From: Planctomycetota bacterium
Lineage (GTDB): Bacteria; Planctomycetota; UBA8108; SXIK01
Assembly (NCBI GenBank): GCA_965223265.1
Contig: OZ244999.1
Span: forward strand, 2,432,001-2,496,000
Direction of reading: 5' to 3'
DNA length: 64,000 nt
The first letter of the stretch is position 1. Each line of letters starts with the position of its first letter. Position numbers and translations under genes: made by a program. Of the stretch, positions 48,603-58,986 are shown piece after piece. A model generated the notes under the pieces. That model saw nothing but the letters and a program-made list of their open reading frames with translations, was not told the DNA's origin and did not search any database.

Positions 48603-50011
48603 AGATCTCCTACAGTCCGAGTGGGTAGGTTCCTGGTAGTGGAGGGGCAAGCTGGACACCTCCGCTGTTGAGAAAGAACATCGCGATCAAGGCGGAGGCG
48701 CAGTGAAAACCGAAGGCGCGCCGGGCGACCATGCGAAGCTTGTTGTTGAGTCCCTCGACCGGCCCATTGGTCAGGCGCGTTCTGACGTATGCGACGACGC
48801 CGTCGAAGTGCTGGCGTATTGTCCGTGAGGCCTTGACGAAGGGTTTCAGCTTCGAACGTGAAGCCCACGCCAGCCACCGTCTCAAGGCACACTCTGCCCT
48901 CTTCGGTTGCAAGTAGTTGAGTGTGTCCGCGAGCGTCTCTTTGAGAAGATAGGCGCGGTAGAGGCGTTTGTTTTTGCTCTGCACCTCGCTCAATTTCATC
49001 TGCTGAGACGTCGTGAGGTCCCAAGGGTTCTTCAGAGAGCGAAGCGACTTCGCTTGATCGCTTGATCGCCTTCGCCTCCTCCGGGTCCTCGACTTCGCGG
49101 ACCATGGAGCGGCGCACTTCGTCGACGGCGTCTGAGGCGAGCCGTTGGACATGGAAGCGATCAAAGATGATGTCCGCTTGGGGAAGCCAGTTCTCGACGG
49201 CCTTGATGTAGCCTCCCGCCATGTCGATCGTCACCTCTTTGATGTTGAAGCAACGCAGCACCCCGCCGAAGAACCCCTCGAGGACCTCGGCGCTTCGACC
49301 CTCACCAGCCCAGATCACTCGTCCACGATCGTCGTCAACGACTATCGTCAAGTACCGATGCCTCTTTCGGTAGCTGAACTCATCGACCCCGATGCGACGG
49401 AGATCCTCGAGCCGCTCGGGATCGAGTCGCGCAGCGACAATACGCTCGACGATCGCTCCTACCGTAACCCACGAAATCCCCATCAGCTTGGCGACCTTCG
49501 TCTTGTCGGTGCCTTGCGCCAGGTAGGCGACCATCTCCTCGAAGTCGCGGGTGAAGCGGCTTTGGGGCGTCGCCCACGGCACTTCCTCGACGCGCACGCC
49601 ACAGCCAGGGCAGTCAACGCGCCGTGGCGCGTAGGAAAGCCAAATTGAGTAGCGCCCGAGTGCGAGGTGCCGCCACTTGCGCGCCGGCTTTCTGTCATAT
49701 CCGGGCGCCTGTTTGCTGCAGAGGCTGCAGCGCGGTAAGCGCCAGCGGGGCCGAACATGAACCACGAGGCCATCGAATGCAAAGTCGACGTTCTTGACGA
49801 GGAGCTTGGTGACACCGAGAAGATTTCGGAATACGGTGGCAACGCGCACGGGTTCTTGCCTCCTGTAGTCGTGGAAAACCACAGAAAAGCAGGAACTTCG
49901 TGCGCGTTTCCACCTCCAAGGGGCAGGAGTGGGCGACCAAGCGGCCGCGAAGCGTCAGCTCTTGACGCTCGATGGCTCCGTCAGGTCAGCCACTCAGACT
50001 TTAGGAGAGCC
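48603..50011 (-). mobile_element. ISL3-family element, transposase frameshifted (about 49849 to 48610)
   Basis: IRs GGCTCTCCTAAAGTCTGAGTG and AGATCTCCTACAGTCCGAGTG; TCTTTT on both flanks; 8-bp duplication near 49050 disrupts the frame; TNGPVEGLNNK motif. Confidence 0.9.
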
Positions 50012-50285
50012 TCTTTTTTTTGGTCTGGTGTCGTCGTGAAAATAGAATCCCACCCAAAGACCGACATCCTGCGATGAGGCACAAGCACTGCGCCGTCGTC
50101 GTGTGGGCGCTGAAGCAACGGCTTCGTTGGGCGAACTGATAGACTGTGTCGGAAACTCATGGTCGAAGGGGGCTGACGGGGAAATCCCGTCCCAGGTTCG
50201 ATCCAGTTTCTAACTGGCCGGCGCCGTTGCCATCGGAAGATCGGACAACTGGCTTTGGATCACCGAACAACGGAGTCGTTCGATC

Positions 50286-50732
50286 TTGACTGCAGAAGAG
50301 CTCATTGTGTTTCGGGCGTTCGTGATCCGTCTCGTGCTATTGGGCGTTTTGACGGTCACGTTCGGCGCCGGGTCACAGATCCTTGTCGGCGTCACACTGA
50401 GCCGTAGTCCGTCGTTGTATGAGGCTCTTACCCTTGGCTGCGCTATCGGGGCTTTCAACTGCGTGATCCTGGGGCTTCTCTCGCGACCAATAGAGATCAC
50501 CGTACGGAATCGTCAGCGGGCTGAAATTCGCGTTCGCGTTGACGATCTCCTCGAGGCGTTCGGGTACGAGCTGAGTTTCCGCAGAAGCGACACGTTCGTG
50601 TATCGATGCCGTCTACGGACCAAGCCCGGTCACTACCCCCTTGCGCTGAGGTACTGGAGGGATCGAACTGCGACTCTGTACGGCCCGCCTCTCATTGTCC
50701 GACGCGTCCGCAAGACTCTCGAGTGCGTGTGA
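50286..50732 (+). CDS. Small membrane protein with 2 TM helices
   Basis: Two hydrophobic segments followed by a basic domain. Confidence 0.55.
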   Translation: MTAEELIVFRAFVIRLVLLGVLTVTFGAGSQILVGVTLSRSPSLYEALTLGCAIGAFNCVILGLLSRPIEITVRNRQRAEIRVRVDDLLEAFGYELSFRRSDTFVYRCRLRTKPGHYPLALRYWRDRTATLYGPPLIVRRVRKTLECV

Positions 50733-51133
50733 GCCACACATCGCAGAGCCCGGTCTGGCGCGCGGGCGCGTTCACCGGTCGAGGCCATATGCGCTACAGA
50801 CATCGGCGCGCATTGAGCATTCGTTCGTTCGCCGAAAGACGAGCTTGCGGTGCTCGACCGGGCGGGATCTCGCATCCGGTGGCTGTGACGGCGCTGGCGT
50901 CTCAGGCAAATGAATGAAGGCCGCGCCCTCACGTCAGCGACGTTTCATGCGGGACATCATTCCCTTCTTGCCACGTCCTCCAGGAGTGAATCATTGCTTG
51001 ACGTTGCGCGCGTTCCCAGCTCGAAGTAAGATATCGACCATCGATGCTAACCTGATATGCCCGATCGGATTTCGGTACCGCACGCAGTGTCTTCGCGCCT
51101 CTAGAGCTCTCACAGCACGAGATTTACAAGGCA

Positions 51134-51316
51134 ATGCGCCCGTGCGAACGTATCGATGTAGCCTGCTCGCTCCATGACTTCGCCTATGAGCGGGTGCTTC
51201 TCGGTCTCCGCAGTCGGTACCCAGAAATGCCGCTCGAGAGGCTTCGGCTCGAAACAGCGATTCGCTTCCTGAATGAATCAGAAGGAATTCTTCGAGAGAG
51301 TTTTGGCGGTTCTTGA
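51134..51316 (+). CDS. Small hypothetical protein overlapping the nucleotidyltransferase gene
   Basis: GLRSRYPE-like short ORF; start uncertain. Confidence 0.45.
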   Translation: MRPCERIDVACSLHDFAYERVLLGLRSRYPEMPLERLRLETAIRFLNESEGILRESFGGS

Positions 51317-51847
51317 AGAATCGAGGATTCCGTACATGGTGACGGGGTCGGTTGGCGCGATTCTGTTCGGAGAGCCAAGACTGACCAACGACATGGACGT
51401 CGTCGTGGAGCTCTCGGCCGACGCCGCGGATCAACTGTGCCGCGCGTTTCCTCGCCAAGAGTTTTATCTCCCGCCTCGGGAAGCGATCTATGCGGAAATC
51501 GAAGCTCGCCAGCAATTCAACCTCATTCACGCCAAGAGCGGATCGAAGGTAGACTTCATCATCGAAAAGAACGGGCGTTTTCATTGGCTGAGTTCGCACG
51601 TCGCATCCGGGTGCCGTTTTCGGAGAAACTCGAAGCGAGCTCAGCGACACCGGAAGACATCATCCTTTCGAAACTGCAATCCTACGAGATCGGCAAGTCC
51701 GAAAAACACTTCGAGGACATTCGCGGCATTCTGCGTGTGTCGGGGGGCGAGCTGGACATGCGCTACCTGAGAGAGTGGTCCGAAGCGCTCGGGGTCTCGG
51801 AGGGTTTCCGACAACTCACGACTGACGAGTCGGAGGGGATTCGCTGA
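51273..51847 (+). pseudogene. Nucleotidyltransferase (DUF6036-like), frameshifted near 51570
   Basis: PYMVTGS...GEPRLTNDMDVV in one frame; TPEDIILSKL...SEKHFEDI in another. Confidence 0.75.
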
Positions 51848-52170
51848 CTTCTCCGGCCACTCAGATCTCACGTAGCAACAAGCGCCTCGCGGCGCGCCGC
51901 GAAGTGGAAACGCATGACGCTCGAATTTGACATCGCCGGTCTTTTTTTGATCTGTGACGATATTTTGCTGTCTAAGAGATCCTGAAATCTGGAGACGGCG
52001 GACGAAACCGAACCTCGGACGGAGTTGTGACAAGGCAGTGCGCCCGACCGTCTTCGCGAACAGACCACCTTCTGAGATGCACTTTGGACAGAATCGCGCG
52101 ACTGTCAGGTGCAGCTTTCGCTCCCACGGTCGATTCGAGAATCACAATACAACCGTGAAGGACTGTGGAC

Positions 52171-52590
52171 ATGCAAGAGAAGAGCGATGACCTCCGGAAG
52201 ATCCAGGAGGTGCTGGAATGGGTGCAGGAAAGTCTGAACGCGGTAGGGGCAGAGTACATAGATGTCAGCGGAGTGTGTTGTCAGGTGGGGTCGCCGACCT
52301 GGTGCGAGTCTGCTTCGGAGCGACAGCTTCGAGCTCAGCAAGAAATGCGGCTGTTCTGGGCCCTTGACGACGCCGGCGCAGTGCGTTCGTCACACCGCAG
52401 TCTGTCGGTCTTCCACGCCTGGGAAAGTCGCCTTGCTAAAGCGGGGTACGAGTGCACGAATGAACGCGTCGGCGATCGAGGCGTGCTGCATGTTTTCGTT
52501 CGCCAGACAACGGATGGCGAGGCCGGCAACCTGGACATCGTCCTTGACAAGGCAGCCGCGAGGATCGAGGCGCTCCTAACAGCGGGTTGA
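52171..52590 (+). CDS. Hypothetical protein
   Basis: ORF with plausible codon usage; no motif recognised. Confidence 0.45.
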   Translation: MQEKSDDLRKIQEVLEWVQESLNAVGAEYIDVSGVCCQVGSPTWCESASERQLRAQQEMRLFWALDDAGAVRSSHRSLSVFHAWESRLAKAGYECTNERVGDRGVLHVFVRQTTDGEAGNLDIVLDKAAARIEALLTAG

Positions 52591-52936
52591 GAAAGCGCTT
52601 CGAGCCGAAAGCTGGTCTCTTCGCGTCCAGATCGGCCGCGGCGAACGTAGGTAATCTCTCCGAGCCCTTCTCTAGGATATACACGGCGAGCCTCGCCGCG
52701 GTCGAGCTGGGCGTGAAGAGGCCAGTTTCCTCGGCCGAATGACTTTTTCAGGCGGGCTGCTCACCGGACCGGATCGGTAGGTTCGGCAGCAGGGCATCCA
52801 ACACTTCCCCGGTGACCGCTACGCCGCGATGGACCAGGCAAGAAGGGCTGGCGACGGAGAGAGCGCGGGGCGAAGCGGAGAGCCGGAGGCCGACTTGACA
52901 AGACGAAATTGCGCACTGCCGTGCTAACATGCGCGC

Positions 52937-54178
52937 ATGATCCCACGAGCTCTGATCAAATCGACAACTGCTGTAGTCATTCTGGCAGCGGTTTCGGCTC
53001 TCCTCCTTTCCTGCCGCACGGATTTGAGCGAACAGGACCTTCCGAAATGGGAATCGGCTCTACTGATCGGTGATACCGACGAGCTGAGACGACTCGTCAA
53101 GAAGTCTCCTGCCCTTGCGCGCATTCCGCAAAGCATGAGCGGCAGTCGCGCGCTCCACGTCTTCGCGGCCCATGACGATGCGGACGGCATCAAGCTCTGC
53201 CTCGACGCGGGCGCAGACGTCAACAGTGCCGATGAGTGGGGGCGAACCCCGCTTTTCTTTGCGGTTGGGAACGGGATGCCAGAGACGATGGAGCTGTTGA
53301 TCTCGCGTGGCGCCGATTTGCGGATCCGTGACGTGGCTGGCGTGACGCCGCTGATGTGGGCTCCCGCGTGCGAGAAGGACGATGCCGTCGACGTCCTCCT
53401 CAAGCACATCTCGGCGCCCGACATCTTCGAAGAGATCGCGCTCGGGAGGAGGGAAAGAGTCGCCGCGCACCTGAAGAGCGACCCTCAGGCGGCCGAGTCT
53501 ACCCCTGGACCGAAGGACCCGAGGACCCCTCTTCATTTCGCGGTCCTCTTCAAGCGCTACGATGTCATCGAGCTCCTTCTAGCGCGCGGAGCCAGAGTCG
53601 CAGTCTGCGATCCAGCCGGAATGTCCCCTCTGCACACCGCAGTGTTCATCGATGCTCTGCCGGCGATCGAGATCCTTGTCCGAAGTGGAGCCGATCTGGA
53701 TCAGATATGCCTGGACGGCCGTGGTGGGTTGACCCCACTCGCAGTCGCCATTTCGAGCTCGCAGCAAGAGTGCGCCAAGTTGCTCTTGGAGCTCGGCGCC
53801 AATCCGGAAGTCGGCGGCCGATCGGGCATGTCGCCTCTACACTTCGCCGCGATGAAGGAAGATCCGGTGTGGGTGGAGTTGCTTCTCGCTCAAGGCGTGG
53901 ACCCGAACCTCCAGGACAGTGTCGGTAATACACCGCTTCATAGTGCGGTTGACGCGACAACACCGTCAGCAGCGACGATGAAAGCGCTGATCGCCTCCGG
54001 CGCTAACGTGACCGCTCGGAACAAGGCTGGAAAAACGCCGGCGGAGACCTTGCATGAGGTGCTGCAAGCTGACCTTGATCGCGCTGACGACGAAGACCTG
54101 GACGCGTACGACGAGAAGTGGAACAAGGCCCGGCAGGAGATCCTCAAGTTTCTTCAGGAGCACACGGACGAGCCATGA
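52937..54178 (+). CDS. Ankyrin-repeat lipoprotein
   Basis: LLLSC lipobox; many TPLH/SPLH ankyrin repeats. Confidence 0.9.
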   Translation: MIPRALIKSTTAVVILAAVSALLLSCRTDLSEQDLPKWESALLIGDTDELRRLVKKSPALARIPQSMSGSRALHVFAAHDDADGIKLCLDAGADVNSADEWGRTPLFFAVGNGMPETMELLISRGADLRIRDVAGVTPLMWAPACEKDDAVDVLLKHISAPDIFEEIALGRRERVAAHLKSDPQAAESTPGPKDPRTPLHFAVLFKRYDVIELLLARGARVAVCDPAGMSPLHTAVFIDALPAIEILVRSGADLDQICLDGRGGLTPLAVAISSSQQECAKLLLELGANPEVGGRSGMSPLHFAAMKEDPVWVELLLAQGVDPNLQDSVGNTPLHSAVDATTPSAATMKALIASGANVTARNKAGKTPAETLHEVLQADLDRADDEDLDAYDEKWNKARQEILKFLQEHTDEP

Positions 54179-54233
54179 CGCTCACGTTTAGCCTGCGTGA
54201 AAAGTACACGATGGCAAGCTCCTCGTCGTCTTC

Positions 54234-54499
54234 GGAAACCCGTCCCAGGTTCGTTTTCAGTGTTGGGACGCCTGTCCCAGGGTAGTTTTTCGCGGGAAGA
54301 CCCGCCCCAGGTTCATTTGGGAAACCGGAAACCCGTCCCAGGTTCGTTTTCCGGGACGCCTGTCCCAGGGTCGTTTTTTCGCGGCGGAAAACCCGTCCCA
54401 GGTTCATTTTTCGGGGGCCGGTGTGTCGTCGGGAAGACCCGCCCCAGGTTCATTTCACGACGCGGAAAACCCGTCCCGGAAGACCCGTCCCAGGTCCAT
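54234..54499 (+). repeat. Array of about 9 degenerate direct repeats GGAAACCCGTCCCAGGTTCRTTTT
   Basis: Three variants (AAACCCGTCCC, ACGCCTGTCCC, AGACCCGCCCC) with short spacers; isolated copy at 50180-50200. Confidence 0.8.
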
Positions 54500-54701
54500 C
54501 TTCCGGGGCGGGTGTGTCGTCGGCGAAGACGTCCGATTCTCATGGCGCTCGCGTTTGGCGCGCCGAGTCGACGCACTCAGGTCGTAGGGGTGGCGCCGGG
54601 CTTCGACGAGTTCCTTTTGGTAGGATTGACCTGGGGACCGGGCTCGGGCTCCGTGCGTTTTCAGACCGGGGGCCGGGCTCGGGTGTGGCCCGTTCGAAAA
54701 C

Positions 54702-55829
54702 TCAGAACGTCAGGACGCGCTTTGGGTTGTCGACGAGCATGTTGCGGACCTGTGCCCGCGAGACGCCGACTTTTCCGAGGGATTCGACGAGTTGAGTTGT
54801 GATCGTCGTGTAGTGGGAATCGGAGCTCTTCCAGTTCTCCGGCTTCTTCTCACCTTCGCTGAAGTCCGCGTAGAAGTACGGCACGTTGTCGTGGCTGACG
54901 AGGATCTGTTCAACGAAGCCGTGGTCGATGAGGTCCTTAATCTGACGCGCTTGGCTGTCACACGTGTACCTCCCGTGACCAACACGGTCATACTGCACGC
55001 TGACACCGAGATCGGCCAGCCGGCGGTGATACTCCAGCGCCTCGTCGTTCTCGCGGTCGTCCTTGTATCCCTGGTGCCCGATGATGATCTTCTCGGGCTG
55101 CGCGCCGTTCTTCAGCAGAAACTTCGCTTGCTCGAGACCGCCTCCGTCCGTCGTATGCGTGGTAATAGGGCAGCCCGTCTCTTTGCTGGCGATGGCAGCC
55201 GCCGCGTGGATCACACGCTCGCTGGGTCGCAGATAGGTGCTCGTTCCAATCTTGATGATGCCCGCTTTGATGCCGGTGAAGCGCTCTCCCCACTTGCCAG
55301 ATGGATCCTCCATGCCCGAGTCGATCTCGCGTAGGAACAGCTCCGCCATCTTTCGAGTCCCGCCCTTCTCAACGCTAAGGCGAACCGCCCAGGGGTGCTG
55401 CGGTGCCAGCGCCTCGCACCAGAAGCCGGTCGACGCGATGATGTGGACCTTGGTTCGCTTGGCGAGAGCGACCAGCAATCGTGGATAGCGGCCGACTCGG
55501 ATAGGAGTGGTCTCGACGATGGCGCCCGGGCCGTCGTCGTTCGCGAGGGTCTCATGGAACGCGTCCAGGAGCTTCGTCGTCCTCTCGAGCATTCTTTCTC
55601 GCACGGGCGCGATGGGCGCTGGCGGGGTCTCGTACAGCTCGGACCAATCCACGACTGGCGCGTGTTCGTGCATCAGGCAGGCGCCGAGCTGGGCGGGATC
55701 GATGGGGCCGAGCACAGTGTGGATCAAGCCCCGTCGGCCAGCAGCAGTCGAGTCTCCGAGCACGGCGGTTCCCAAGGCGGCCGAGAGAGTGCCCGAGGCG
55801 GAGTACTTCAGGAAGGTGCGACGGTTCAT
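54702..55829 (-). CDS. Phosphotriesterase-family amidohydrolase with Tat signal
   Basis: NRRTFLK Tat motif; HEH, IIKIG, THT, GH, SHD metal-ligand motifs. Confidence 0.9.
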   Translation of the reverse strand: MNRRTFLKYSASGTLSAALGTAVLGDSTAAGRRGLIHTVLGPIDPAQLGACLMHEHAPVVDWSELYETPPAPIAPVRERMLERTTKLLDAFHETLANDDGPGAIVETTPIRVGRYPRLLVALAKRTKVHIIASTGFWCEALAPQHPWAVRLSVEKGGTRKMAELFLREIDSGMEDPSGKWGERFTGIKAGIIKIGTSTYLRPSERVIHAAAAIASKETGCPITTHTTDGGGLEQAKFLLKNGAQPEKIIIGHQGYKDDRENDEALEYHRRLADLGVSVQYDRVGHGRYTCDSQARQIKDLIDHGFVEQILVSHDNVPYFYADFSEGEKKPENWKSSDSHYTTITTQLVESLGKVGVSRAQVRNMLVDNPKRVLTF

Positions 55830-56164
55830 CAACGCGAATTGTCCTCGATCATCACCCTCGATGCAATTCTCCGTCGTCTCAGGAAGTCGAAGGACTTGTT
55901 TGAGTTCGCGAAGCGGATTCTCGACAAGGTATCCTGGTCCACCGCCCAGCCGAATTGAGAAGTGCTAGCTAATGGACAAAGACCTTATCTAGGCACTGGA
56001 AACAGCCTATGAGGAGTGTTTCCTAAACGACGCCTTTCCACGGATGAAAAACGTTCGCCTCGCGGCGAATTGCCGTCACAGGCAATTGCGTCTCGCGCGG
56101 AGGCGGAAGTTCACGCGCCTTCGGCTCGGCGATAGCAAGCTGCCTCACCCAGCTTCACTTCCCC

Positions 56165-58375
56165 TCACCGCATCGAATGCGTCCACTGCACCTCGACCTC
56201 CGGGCGATGGCGGCGGCGCCAGAGCTCGAGCAGCGACTTCATGAGCGTGTCCGCGCCGCTGATGCTCTCGTAGTGGCGGTACCTCGGCGTTGCTGCCGGC
56301 AGTGGGCCGTCGCGCAGGAACAGGTGGATCGACCTGCGGGCGAAGTGGTCGGCGCGGTCGAGGTAGCGCTCGTCTCCAGTCAAGTCCGCCGCGACCATGA
56401 GAAGCGCCATCACCTCGCCCATCGTGACTGGGTGGAGCCCCTCGGGTCGATCCGGCTCGCCGATGAGGTAGCGCGCCGCCGCGTCGAGCACCAACTTCCT
56501 GAGCCCCGCGTGCGGCACCTGGCGGTAGCGCGTGTAACACAACAGAGCGATCGGTGCGTCGCTCGGGCTTCCATAGCTCGTCGCCCACATGTCGCTCATG
56601 GTTGGCCTGTCTGTGGCGTGCTCGTCTAACGTCGAGGTGTCGCCGCGGCAGAGAAACCCGCGGCCCGACGGCGAGAGGTCATGCTTGGCGTCGAGGAAGA
56701 TCGCATCCGATGCCAACGCTCGCTCCCGCATCCGGTCGCGCAGCCGCGGCGGCAGATTCTCCGATCCGTCCCACAGATCGACTGCCAGCGACAGATTGCT
56801 GTTCGGCCATAGGATCGACCGACTCGTTGCGGACCAGCAGCACGGGATCGCGCCCGTCACCGGATGCGCCGTGCGCTCGAAGTGTCCCAGCACCGTCTCA
56901 ATCGCCCGTAGAAAGACCTCATCCCCGGTCCTTTCGTAGGCCTCCGCCCACGTCGCAATGTAAAACCCACCGTGGCGCGGAAAGCCGCTGCCGACGCCCG
57001 TCTCGTGCCAGCTGTACCCGGCGTGTCTCGAGAAGTCGCCCGTCTCATGATCGCCGACCTGATGCTCCCACAGTCCGCGCGCAAAGCGTGTACACGCCTC
57101 CGCCGCCAAGTCGAACGAGCGTTCCCACAGCACCCACGGCTCCGCGAACTCATGGATCGGATTCTTCTCGCTGCGACTCGACTTCGCGCCCTCGGTGAAG
57201 AAATCCCACCCGATGTGTTCACCCCATGCCAGGAGCCCGGTCTCGGGACTCTGACAGTTATTGAAGAACCACTCGAGCGTCCGGTCGGCCTCCGCAGCGT
57301 ATCGTTTCTCTCCGGTCAGCTTCGTCAGCGCGTAGAGCACCTGGAAGAGATCCTGGTCGTGCATGACGTTTGAGCCGCTGAAGCAGCGATCGCCGTTGCG
57401 AATGCCCCAGTTCTCCCAATCGGCCAACCGGACCTGAAAGAGCATACGCTGACCGGCTTCGTCGAACGGTTTGAGTGTTCTGCGATCCAGCGTCACCCCG
57501 AAAAGCGGCGAGTGTTCGGTCCCGTACGTGTCGCGGCAATGCTCGATGAGCGTGTCCGCATAGCGTTTGACCAATTCCAGGTAGTCGTAGCCGACGACGT
57601 CGTCACCGAGAAGCGCGGCGAGCGTCGGCTCGATCGATTCCGCCCAGATTTCATAGCCCTTCCCAGAGAGGTGCAAAAAGTCCGGCATGATCTCCTTCGC
57701 GAGTGAACCGTCGGCCGAGACGAAGTTGTGCCCGATCGGGAGGAAGTGCACGAACGCTCCATCGACGAGTCTCCTGAGCGCCTGATTCACTTGGAGGATT
57801 TGTCCGCGCACTTCGTTGAACTGCTCGCCGCGCGGGAAGATGTCGAGGAGGAGTATTTTCGTGCGTGGCAACTTCTCGCGCAGCTTTTTGACCACCGCAG
57901 TGATGCCATCCACGATCTCCGCCGCCGTGTTGCGTTTGCCCGAGTTGTTGGTGCCAATCATGATGACCGCCACCTTGGGTCGGATGCCGTCGACGTTGCC
58001 GTTGTCCAAACGCCACAAAACGTGCTGCGTGCGATCGCCACCGATACCGAGATTGACGGCACTCCGATGTCCGTAGTAGCGCGCCCAAACGTCCTTGCCT
58101 TCACCCTCCCAGCCGTGGGTGATCGAGTCGCCGATGAAAATCAGATCGACGTTCCCTTCCTTGACGCGCGCGTTGAATGTCTTGTGGCGCTCGAGCCAGC
58201 TGCCTTCCCGTGGTACGGGCGTGACAGCTGAGTGGGTGGGCGCGGCGTCGCCTCTGGCAGCGTCGGCGTGCAGCAGCGACTTCGGGAGCAGAATCCAGGC
58301 AGTCGCGCAGGTAGCGGCAACAGCGAAGCAGGCGAAAGGCGAGCGGGGCGAGCGGAGTGTCAGAGTCATCTTCAT
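56165..58375 (-). CDS. Secreted SGNH/GDSL hydrolase fused to an alpha/alpha-barrel polysaccharide-lyase-like domain
   Basis: GDSIT, GIGGDRT, GTNN, DFLH; C-terminal half YADTLIEH..., LTGEKRY, TGLLAWGEH. Confidence 0.8.
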   Translation of the reverse strand: MKMTLTLRSPRSPFACFAVAATCATAWILLPKSLLHADAARGDAAPTHSAVTPVPREGSWLERHKTFNARVKEGNVDLIFIGDSITHGWEGEGKDVWARYYGHRSAVNLGIGGDRTQHVLWRLDNGNVDGIRPKVAVIMIGTNNSGKRNTAAEIVDGITAVVKKLREKLPRTKILLLDIFPRGEQFNEVRGQILQVNQALRRLVDGAFVHFLPIGHNFVSADGSLAKEIMPDFLHLSGKGYEIWAESIEPTLAALLGDDVVGYDYLELVKRYADTLIEHCRDTYGTEHSPLFGVTLDRRTLKPFDEAGQRMLFQVRLADWENWGIRNGDRCFSGSNVMHDQDLFQVLYALTKLTGEKRYAAEADRTLEWFFNNCQSPETGLLAWGEHIGWDFFTEGAKSSRSEKNPIHEFAEPWVLWERSFDLAAEACTRFARGLWEHQVGDHETGDFSRHAGYSWHETGVGSGFPRHGGFYIATWAEAYERTGDEVFLRAIETVLGHFERTAHPVTGAIPCCWSATSRSILWPNSNLSLAVDLWDGSENLPPRLRDRMRERALASDAIFLDAKHDLSPSGRGFLCRGDTSTLDEHATDRPTMSDMWATSYGSPSDAPIALLCYTRYRQVPHAGLRKLVLDAAARYLIGEPDRPEGLHPVTMGEVMALLMVAADLTGDERYLDRADHFARRSIHLFLRDGPLPAATPRYRHYESISGADTLMKSLLELWRRRHRPEVEVQWTHSMR

Positions 58376-58986
58376 CCTCGGGATGGATTGACGGGCTGGC
58401 GCTGCGCGGCCGCCGACACGGCAGCGCCGCGCAGCGAGAGAATTGAAGTTGTCCAAAATGAAGAAGCTGGAGCGTCCTCGTTCGGCGGCGAACTTGAGCG
58501 CGCGGAGGGGCTCTGGGCGGAAGAACGAAACTAACCGACGCGGCCTGCATTGACCACCTCTTCCGAACGGCGTCTTCGATCGCCAGCGTCGCACTCCGCC
58601 GCAGTGCGGTCACGCGCAGGCCGCTCAACCCGTCCACGCACCTTCCGAGCCGAACTTCGCGTTTGACCCTTGGTCCCAGAGTGCTTCTACGGTTATATGA
58701 GGCGTTTGGCAGCGCGCCGATCCCGTAGGCGCAACGGACTTTGCCACGAGAGGTGATCAGGTTGGTGGCGCAAGCGATCTCAAGGTGCGGCCCTCTCGCC
58801 GCACGTGACGCGGCGGCGAACGTCTACCGGGTACGGAATGTTTGAGGAGGCGATGGAGTCCGCTGCAAGCTTGACGCGCCGCGGGTCGTTGATTCGAGCG
58901 GCGCGCCGATGTCGCAGCGTAGCGCTGCCACGCGGCCGCGATCATATTTGTCGCGCCTCCCGAGGACCGTGCGGACAGGGGAAGCG

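Noticed and set aside
54234-54499. CRISPR array
   Set aside because: Repeats are degenerate, spacers are very short and irregular, and no cas genes are present
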